A stretch of 64,000 nt of DNA from Gammaproteobacteria bacterium (GTDB taxonomy: Bacteria; Pseudomonadota; Gammaproteobacteria; Eutrophobiales; Eutrophobiaceae). The stretch lies in the NCBI GenBank assembly GCA_965221335.1, contig CBDCSC010000006.1, forward strand, positions 72,199 through 136,198, written 5' to 3'. The stretch's first letter is position 1; each line of letters starts with the position of its first letter. The notes under the pieces were generated by a model. It worked only from the letters and a program-made list of their open reading frames with translations. It was not told the origin of the DNA and ran no database searches. Below are positions 57,480 through 64,000 of the stretch, piece after piece. A program made the translations under genes and the position numbers.

Positions 57480-58688
57480 ATGAAAGAGTTTACAGTACAA
57501 GCGCATCAGATCGAAACAGTCACCGCACGTAAAGTGATCAACAGCACGTCGGCAGACGGTCGTTATCCGGCCTATATTGGGCTTGACGTGCATAAAGATA
57601 CGATAGCCTATGCCGTTGCGCGAGCTGGTCGGGGCGAGGCCGAATCGAGGGGAGAGATTGGCAACAAGCCGAAGAGCATTGCCAGGCTGGTTGAGCGCCT
57701 GAGCACAGAGTTCGGTGGTGAAATGCTGTTGTTTTGCTATGAGGCGGGTCCCTGCGGGTACAGCATCTATCGTCAACTCATCGCATTGGGTCATGACTGC
57801 CAGGTGATCGCGCCATCGCTGATTCCGCAGAAACCGGGAGATCGCATCAAGACTGACCGGCGTGATGCACGCAAGCTGGCGCAGTTGTTGCGTAGTGGCG
57901 ACTTGACAGTCGTCTGGGTACCGGATGAAGAACAGGAGGCGATGCGGGATCTGACCCGGGCGCGAGATGACATGAAGTCCCAGGAGCGCAAGGCACGTCA
58001 GCAGCTCAATGCCTTTGTCCTGCGACATGGTCATGCCTGGCCCTCACACAAGACGCGCTGGACACAAAGCCACTACAGCTGGCTGGAGTCACTCCGGTTT
58101 GCCCATGACTGGCAGCAGGTCGTGTTGCAGGAGTACATTGATGCGGTTAAAACGGCGACCCGGCGTGTGGCTGATATCACGGCACAGATGGAGCGGGTAC
58201 TGCCGCACTGGTCGTTTGCCCCGGTCGTGGACTCACTGGTGGCACTGCGCGGCATCGACAAGCTGGCGGCGATAGTCTTACTGGCTGAGCTGGGTGATAT
58301 CAGTCGCTTCGAATCCGCTCAGCAATTGATGGCTTTTTTGGGACTGGTGCCAAGCGAACACAGCAGCAGTACCCGCCGTCGTCAGGGGGCGATTACCAAG
58401 ACAGGGAATGCCCATGCCCGGCGGATGCTGGTCGAATCGGCCTGGAGCTATCGCTTCCCGGCACGACAGACGGCCCATCTCAAACGCAAGGCTGCCGGCG
58501 CGTCCGATGAGGCCAAAACCATTGCCTGGAAGGCCCAGAAACGACTCTGTGGGCGCTATAAGACACTGACCCAGGCCGGTAAGAATACCAAGCTGGTCTG
58601 CGTCGCTGTGGCGCGGGAATTGGCTGGATTTATCTGGGACATTGCCTGCCGAGAGATGCCGAAGGTCGATGGCCGGGTGACTCGGTGA
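57480..58688 (+). CDS. IS110 DEDD recombinase/transposase
   Basis: IGLDVHK, CYEAGP, KTDRRDA (DEDD) and GLVPSEHSS (catalytic Ser region), GAITKTGN; RBS GAGAGG before ATG 57480. Confidence 0.95.
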   Translation: MKEFTVQAHQIETVTARKVINSTSADGRYPAYIGLDVHKDTIAYAVARAGRGEAESRGEIGNKPKSIARLVERLSTEFGGEMLLFCYEAGPCGYSIYRQLIALGHDCQVIAPSLIPQKPGDRIKTDRRDARKLAQLLRSGDLTVVWVPDEEQEAMRDLTRARDDMKSQERKARQQLNAFVLRHGHAWPSHKTRWTQSHYSWLESLRFAHDWQQVVLQEYIDAVKTATRRVADITAQMERVLPHWSFAPVVDSLVALRGIDKLAAIVLLAELGDISRFESAQQLMAFLGLVPSEHSSSTRRRQGAITKTGNAHARRMLVESAWSYRFPARQTAHLKRKAAGASDEAKTIAWKAQKRLCGRYKTLTQAGKNTKLVCVAVARELAGFIWDIACREMPKVDGRVTR

Positions 58689-58736
58689 AGCTCATCCAGG
58701 TGAAGCAGCCAATCATATCCACAGAATAGAGGAGAC

Positions 58737-58974
58737 GTGAAACCTGTTGAGTCAGGGCATGGTCAAGCCGGTGTGGAGAACCCTTGTTCGGGCTATACCG
58801 GCATCGGCCATGACGGGATAACCTCAAGCGAGCATTCCCGGTCGATGATCCCTGACACTAGAGAAAGGTCAGCTCCGCGATGCAGTGAAGTCCAGTCGGT
58901 AACCAATCCACGTATATCAGCATGATCCACCATCGCAAACTGCTTGGCCTTGTCCTGACCCAACAGGCGTTCAC
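58737..58974 (+). ncRNA. Putative bridge/seek RNA of the IS1111-type element
   Basis: Closing stem GTGAAACCTGTTGAGTCAGGGCATGGTCAAGC / GCTTGGCCTTGTCCTGACCCAACAGGCGTTCAC. Contains target-complementary TTCGGGCTA (58787-58795) and donor-matching ATATCAG (58914-58920). Confidence 0.75.
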
Positions 58975-59016
58975 AACAGAGTATGAAATTTAACGATTGA
59001 CAGGTCAAAACATATC

Positions 59017-59260
59017 AGCCCGAATATCTCACCAATTCGCTTGTCAGCATCGGATAGATGTTTACTGTCAATGAGTTATGATAATTTGCCGAGTATGTTG
59101 CCATTACACACTGCGCTTGATGCGCCCTCGCTGGTCTTTTTTGCGTTAGCGGGCACATGCTCCCTCAACCAGAAGAACCACTATGCTTTCGGTCGCGAGT
59201 ACCCGCTAACACAAAAAATCCTCAGCGATCATCGCATCAATTGGTGAGATATTCGGGTTA
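59017..59260. mobile_element. MITE family M2, long copy (left end split by the IS)
   Basis: TIR (T)AGCCCGAATATCTCACCAATT / AATTGGTGAGATATTCGGGTTA; internal stem TTTTTTGCGTTAGCGGG / CCCGCTAACACAAAAAA. Confidence 0.82.
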
Positions 59261-59331
59261 GTTGTAATCTGTTTTCCGTATTGAAGAGTATACCTGACGG
59301 GAGGTAGAGAGCAATCTTTTTTGTGTGCCTC

Positions 59332-59778
59332 TTACTTTCTGAAGGGACGGTGGCACGCTTTACAGGTATCCGTCAACTCGCCGAACCTGGCATCGATCGC
59401 CGCGCCGTCACCGGTTTCTACCGCTTCCAGTAATGCTTGTGCTGCTTGTTGGCTTTCGGCAGCGCGGGCTTCAAAGTCGGCCCAGTTTTCCCAGATCTCC
59501 GCTTTTGCGTCGGTTTTCCCTTCCAGTGTCCCTTCCGGGAACAGCAGGGTGATATCCCGAGCCAGTTTTGCCAGCGCCTCTGCGTGCATCTGCATATGCC
59601 CTTCGGCGCTGAACAGGCCGTCTTTCAGCCGCCGCAGCGCGCCGGTATGGCCGCTGATGGCATTCATGTAGTTCTGGCGGTATTTGATGGTTCCGTTCAC
59701 GTCTGCGGCGCCTGCGCCATACGGCAACAGGTAAAATGCCGGTAACAGGGCAATGATAAATAGGTGTTTCAGGTTCAT
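59332..59778 (-). CDS. Class II cytochrome c (cytochrome c'/c556)
   Basis: Signal peptide, IKYRQNYM, AKAEIWENW.DF, C-terminal CKACH..FR. Confidence 0.9.
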   Translation of the reverse strand: MNLKHLFIIALLPAFYLLPYGAGAADVNGTIKYRQNYMNAISGHTGALRRLKDGLFSAEGHMQMHAEALAKLARDITLLFPEGTLEGKTDAKAEIWENWADFEARAAESQQAAQALLEAVETGDGAAIDARFGELTDTCKACHRPFRK

Positions 59779-61898
59779 TGTGCAATTCCTCCTGCGGTTG
59801 TGGTCAGCAGCGAGCTACCTGCTGTGTCAATCCCGTTTGCTGCCTGCCGCACCGGTACGACCAGGTCGTACAGTATCCTGGCAGCTTCATCCAGAAACGG
59901 GTCTAGCTGTTCGAGTTTATCCTCATCCTCGGGTTCATCGGCGCCGGGAGAAATGGGTTCCAGACCTGCTGCGACGCGTAATTCATTGTGGGCAGCCTCC
60001 GCTTCCATGCGCAGTTTCTCACGTTCTGCCTTGCGTTTATCCATTTGCAGGCTCACGCTCTTGATATTTTCGTTTGCGTGAGAGGTTTCCATCTCCTTGA
60101 GCAGCAAGGCGATCAGCCGGTTATCCTTGATCCGCTGCTCATGCAACTCTTTTGCCCGGGCAAAGTTCTCGACCGGCGCGCTGGCGGAGATGAAATTTAT
60201 CGGCCGCAGCTTATCCCAGGGCAGGGCGTTGTCGAGAACTCGCTCCCCATAGTCCCGGCCATAGCGGGCAGTGGGATAAATGATATCCGGCACCACCCCG
60301 CGGTACTGGTTGCTGCCGCCGCTGATGCGATAAAACTGGGCAATGGTGGCCTTCAACCGGCCGTGGTCTTCATCCGAGGATTCGGTAAAATGATTCAGGT
60401 CGATAACGTTCTGAACGGTACCTTTACCAAAGGTAGGCTCACCGATAATGATGCCGCGCCGGTAGTCCTGGATCGCGCCGGCAAAGATCTCGGAAGCCGA
60501 TGCGCTGTTGCGATTGACCAGTACCGCCAGCGGGCCGCCGTAGCTGATATTCGGGTCGGGATCCCTGTTGATCTCGACTTTTCCGGAATAATCCCTGGTC
60601 TGGATGATGGGTCCTGCCTCGATGAACAGGCCGGTCAGTTCCAGGGCTTCGCCCAGCGAGCCGCCGCCGTTGCCGCGCAGGTCAATCACCAGGCCGTCCA
60701 GGTTCTTGTCTCTCAAGCCGGCAAGCAGTGCCCGCACGTCGCGGGTTGTGCTGCGGTAATCCTTTTTTCCTTGCGCCTGGGCCATGTAGTCACTGTAAAA
60801 TGCGGGGACCTTGATGATGCCGATTTCAGCGCCGTCCTCAAGCAGGATGGTTTCTGCCTTGGCGGCCTGTTCTTCGAGCCTGATCTCATCCCGGGTAAGA
60901 GAGATAATTTTGCTGATGTCCGCGGCGCCGGCCGTTTCGGACAAGATCTCCAGCCTTACCACGGACCCTTTCGGCCCGCGTATCAGGTCCACCACATCAT
61001 CCAAGCGCCAACCCACCACATCCGTGATTTCGCCGCCGACACCCTGGCCGACACCGATTATCTTGTCTTCCGCACGCAGTTCGCCGCCAAGCTCGGCCGG
61101 TCCGCCGGGGATAATTTTCTGCACTACCGTGTGATCATTTTCTGCGCGCAATACCGCGCCGATGCCTTCCAGGGAAAGTTTCATCGTAATGTCGAAGTTC
61201 TCCGAGGAACGCGGGGTGAAATAATACGTGTGCGGTTCTATCGCCGAAGCATAGGAGTTGATGAACGACTGGAACACATCGTTGGTATTGAACTGGAACA
61301 CGCCGGTGCGTATGCGCGCATAGCGCTTGCGCAGGATTTCCTTTATTTCCTCGTCCTCCTTGTCCGCCAGCAGCAACATCAGGTAATCGTTCTTTACCCT
61401 TTTTCTCCATAATTCATCCAGGTCTGCCGGGCTGCGCGCCCAACCCGAATCCTGCCGGTCAAACAGGTAGTCTTCGTCGGTGCTGAAATCAAATCCGGTC
61501 TCAAGCAGTGCGCCGGCGTAGTCGGTACGTTCCGCAACCCGTTGCCGGTAGGCCTTGAAGATGGTAAAAGCAGGCTCCAAGTCCGGGGCCTGCAGCGCGT
61601 CATCGAGCAGGTAGCGATAACGCTCAAAGTGGCTGATGTCCTCCTCCAGGAAGAAACTGCGGTTACCGTCGAGCCTGTCCAGGTAGGCATCGAGTATGCG
61701 CGCCGACAACGCATCATCCAGGGGTTTGTTGCGGTAATGGTATTTTTCCAGGAGCTGGGTGATGATCACCGTGGAGCGAATGTGACGTTCCTCCGCCTGC
61801 AGCGCTTCATCCGTTACCAGCGGTGGGGCCGCGACCGCTGCCATCGCCAGCATGGATAAGGGCAGGGCCAGCCTAATCAGTGTTCGTCTCGCGCGCAT
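59775..61898 (-). CDS. prc: Carboxy-terminal processing (tail-specific) protease
   Basis: SLEGIGA (PDZ), DLRGNGGG, SASASEIFAG, TFGKGTVQ. Start trimmed to ATG 61898. Confidence 0.93.
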   Translation of the reverse strand: MRARRTLIRLALPLSMLAMAAVAAPPLVTDEALQAEERHIRSTVIITQLLEKYHYRNKPLDDALSARILDAYLDRLDGNRSFFLEEDISHFERYRYLLDDALQAPDLEPAFTIFKAYRQRVAERTDYAGALLETGFDFSTDEDYLFDRQDSGWARSPADLDELWRKRVKNDYLMLLLADKEDEEIKEILRKRYARIRTGVFQFNTNDVFQSFINSYASAIEPHTYYFTPRSSENFDITMKLSLEGIGAVLRAENDHTVVQKIIPGGPAELGGELRAEDKIIGVGQGVGGEITDVVGWRLDDVVDLIRGPKGSVVRLEILSETAGAADISKIISLTRDEIRLEEQAAKAETILLEDGAEIGIIKVPAFYSDYMAQAQGKKDYRSTTRDVRALLAGLRDKNLDGLVIDLRGNGGGSLGEALELTGLFIEAGPIIQTRDYSGKVEINRDPDPNISYGGPLAVLVNRNSASASEIFAGAIQDYRRGIIIGEPTFGKGTVQNVIDLNHFTESSDEDHGRLKATIAQFYRISGGSNQYRGVVPDIIYPTARYGRDYGERVLDNALPWDKLRPINFISASAPVENFARAKELHEQRIKDNRLIALLLKEMETSHANENIKSVSLQMDKRKAEREKLRMEAEAAHNELRVAAGLEPISPGADEPEDEDKLEQLDPFLDEAARILYDLVVPVRQAANGIDTAGSSLLTTTAGGIAQ

Positions 61899-62319
61899 AA
61901 TGCAGTTGTTCCAGCCGTTGTTGCAGGCGCTGGGCTTCCTGCCTGTTCCCGCCCATGAACGCGGGCGCGGTTTCCAGGTATTCCACCAGGTCGCGTAAAG
62001 CCTCATAGTTGTATGCGTCCAGTTGCACGGCCTTGCGAAATTGTTTAAGGGTTTTCTTTGCATAGGAGTACGCACTGAACCAGTTGCCATGTTCTGCAAT
62101 TCTGCCGTAAGACTTGCCGAGCCAGTGGTGCAGGGTGGAGTCCTGCGGCGCAGTGCGCAGGGCTGCTTCGAAACTTGCCGCGGCCGCCTTGTAATTGCCG
62201 TCTTCATAGGCGCGGACGCCGGCTTCAAGCGCGCTATCCTGCGCGCGGCTGCCCGGTGCGGCAAACAGCGCGCACTGCAGCGTCAGGCAAATCAGGGCAG
62301 TGGAATTAATGAACCTCAA
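61873..62319 (-). CDS. Exported tetratricopeptide-repeat protein
   Basis: Signal peptide; TPR-like helices, HHWLGKSYG, AVQLD..N..A, APAFMGG. Confidence 0.75.
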   Translation of the reverse strand: MRFINSTALICLTLQCALFAAPGSRAQDSALEAGVRAYEDGNYKAAAASFEAALRTAPQDSTLHHWLGKSYGRIAEHGNWFSAYSYAKKTLKQFRKAVQLDAYNYEALRDLVEYLETAPAFMGGNRQEAQRLQQRLEQLHYARETNTD

Positions 62320-62977
62320 TTAATTCGATCTCGAATATCAGGGTCTCATCCGGGCCGATTGCACCTGCCCCGGCGGTACCATAGGCCAGTTCCGAGGGGA
62401 TATAGAGTTCCCACATCGCGCCCGTATTCATCAGCGGCAACGCTTGTTGCCAGCCGCGAATTACCCGGTTCAGGGACAGTTTCGCCGGCTCATTGCGTTT
62501 GTATGAACTGTCGAATTCATTACCGTTAATCAACGTGCCCCGGTAATGCACGGTAACCTCGCTGCCCGGTTCCGGTTTCGGGCCATTGCCGGATCGCAGT
62601 ATTTTGTATTGCAGGCCGTTATCCAGTTCCACCACGCCTTCCTGCTCCCTGTTTTTTTCCAGGAACTCTTTTCCCGCCTGGCTGTTGGCCGCAGCCAGCC
62701 TGCTCCTGTTCTGCTGTTCCTGTTGCTGAAATTCCGCAAAAATGGTTTGCATCTCTTCAACGGACAGTTTTGGCGGTTTGTTGTTGAGTATGTCGGACAC
62801 GGCCGCAAGGAAATGGTCCGCATCCATATCGATATTCTGCTGGGCTATGCTCTGCGCAAAAAACACGCCCAGGGCATAACTGAGTTTTTGCTTATCGGTC
62901 ATGGCCGGTTCTTCGGCCCTGATCGGACTGAACATAAAAATAAATATAATAACAACAAGTAACAGATGGTTCTTCAT
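62306..62977 (-). CDS. FKBP-type peptidyl-prolyl isomerase (Mip/FkpA-like)
   Basis: SYALG dimerisation domain, GLQY, VHYRGTL, FDSSY, IPSELAYG, LIFEIEL. Confidence 0.93.
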   Translation of the reverse strand: MKNHLLLVVIIFIFMFSPIRAEEPAMTDKQKLSYALGVFFAQSIAQQNIDMDADHFLAAVSDILNNKPPKLSVEEMQTIFAEFQQQEQQNRSRLAAANSQAGKEFLEKNREQEGVVELDNGLQYKILRSGNGPKPEPGSEVTVHYRGTLINGNEFDSSYKRNEPAKLSLNRVIRGWQQALPLMNTGAMWELYIPSELAYGTAGAGAIGPDETLIFEIELIEVH

Positions 62978-62986
62978 GTATTTTCT

Positions 62987-63967
62987 CTATCCTAGCATTG
63001 CTGCCGCCTCGTTTATGATTTCGATGCCGGCGTTCGTGTCGGCGGCTTTTGCAGTCAGGTGGCGCCGGTATGCGCGGGCGCCGCGCTGCCCGTGAAACAG
63101 GCCCAGTATGTGCCGTGCCAGCGCGTACAGCTTTTCGCCGCCGTCCATCTCCTGTTCCATGTAACGCATGTAATGGCGCAGCGTTTGCATGCGTGTAACC
63201 GGTATATTGTTCACACCGAACAGGCATTTGTCCACCCCTGCAAGCAGATAAGTGTCATTGCACATCGCCCGGCCGAGCATTACGCCGTCGACATGGCGCA
63301 GGTGGTTACGGGTCTCGTCGAGATTGGTGATACCGCCGTTGATGATAATTTCCAGTTGCGGAAAATCCTGTTTCAGACGGTACACCCGGTCGTATTGCAG
63401 CGGCGGCACCGAACGGTTTTGCCGCGGACTCAAGCCTTGCAACCAGGCCTTGCGGGCATGAATGATAAAGGTACGGCAGCCAGACCTGGAAACGGTCGAG
63501 ACAAAACGGTGCAGGTGCTCATAATCGTCCTGCTCATCGATGCCGATGCGGGTCTTGACCGTGACCGGCAGCCTGGTTGCCGCGGCCATCGCAGCCACGC
63601 AGTCGGCGACAAGTCCGGGTTCGGCCATCAGGCAGGCGCCGAAACGGCCGGACCTGACCCGTTTGCTCGGGCAACCCACGTTCAGGTTTATTTCATCGTA
63701 GCCGAAGTCTGTGGCGATGCGCGCGCACTTTGCCAGTGCGCCGGGGTCGCTGCCTCCCAACTGTATGCCGACAGGATGTTCCGCGTCGTTGAACCGGGCA
63801 TGTTTCTCCGCGCCTCCGTACAGCAGCGCGCCCGTGGTCAGCATTTCAGTGTACAGCATCGCATGTGCCGACAGCAGCCGTAACAGGTAGCGGAAGTGCC
63901 TGTCCGTATGGGCCATCATCGGCGCCACGCATAACTTATGATTTAATTTCATGTTCATCGGCCGCAT
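62987..63967 (-). CDS. dusA: tRNA-dihydrouridine(20/20a) synthase
   Basis: VAPMM..TDRHFR, QLGGS, NLNVGCPS, HARKAWL.GLSP.QNR. Exact start uncertain. Confidence 0.93.
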   Translation of the reverse strand: MRPMNMKLNHKLCVAPMMAHTDRHFRYLLRLLSAHAMLYTEMLTTGALLYGGAEKHARFNDAEHPVGIQLGGSDPGALAKCARIATDFGYDEINLNVGCPSKRVRSGRFGACLMAEPGLVADCVAAMAAATRLPVTVKTRIGIDEQDDYEHLHRFVSTVSRSGCRTFIIHARKAWLQGLSPRQNRSVPPLQYDRVYRLKQDFPQLEIIINGGITNLDETRNHLRHVDGVMLGRAMCNDTYLLAGVDKCLFGVNNIPVTRMQTLRHYMRYMEQEMDGGEKLYALARHILGLFHGQRGARAYRRHLTAKAADTNAGIEIINEAAAMLG

Positions 63968-64000
63968 ACTCTTTCAGCAGCATGTTGGTAAAGCGGGTGC

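Larger units (their letters stand above)
57388..59016 (+). mobile_element. IS110 family element, IS1111 group (about 1.63 kb)
   Basis: 13-bp subterminal inverted repeats ATGTTTTGACCTG (57395-57407) / CAGGTCAAAACAT (59001-59013), 7 nt and 3 nt from the ends. AG core at both junctions and a long 3' non-coding region. Confidence 0.9.

Noticed and set aside
59041-59247. 68-aa ORF inside the M2 MITE
   Set aside because: TTG start, no RBS and no transposase motifs; the region is better explained by its palindromic structure.
61899-62264. 829-aa version of Prc
   Set aside because: The extension overlaps the TPR gene in another frame; the signal-peptide-like start is at 61898.
62987-64000. dusA-associated integrative element
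   Set aside because: dusA appears intact and no integrase is visible; the region upstream lies outside the window.

Overview
This is core chromosome of a GC-rich gammaproteobacterium, judged from gene order. Housekeeping genes include msrPQ, purL-purB-tas, pyrC-rnt, gyrA-serC-pheA-hisC-tyrA-aroA-cmk-rpsA-ihfB-lapA, mfd, glyA-nrdR-ribD-nusB-thiL, dacB, tRNA-Pro(CGG), ispB, rplU-rpmA-obgE-proB, rpsT, murJ-ribF-ileS-lspA-ispH, two c-type cytochromes, prc, an FKBP-type PPIase and dusA. Accessory content is an AlbA_2-domain gene, two AbiE type IV TA loci (one toxin internally deleted), BrnTA, and an acetylene-hydratase-like Mo/W enzyme paired with a flavin monooxygenase. The intergenic spaces hold at least five families of palindromic REP/MITE-like elements. 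The best signal is an intact IS1111-type IS110 element (57388-59016) inserted exactly into the terminal inverted repeat of a MITE. Its downstream non-coding region folds into a ~240-nt RNA carrying TTCGGGCTA, the reverse complement of the reconstructed target TAGCCCGAA, and ATATCAG, which matches the donor junction. This suggests a bridge/seek RNA programmed against a MITE end. All calls come from reading the sequence by eye; no searches or folding programs were run.
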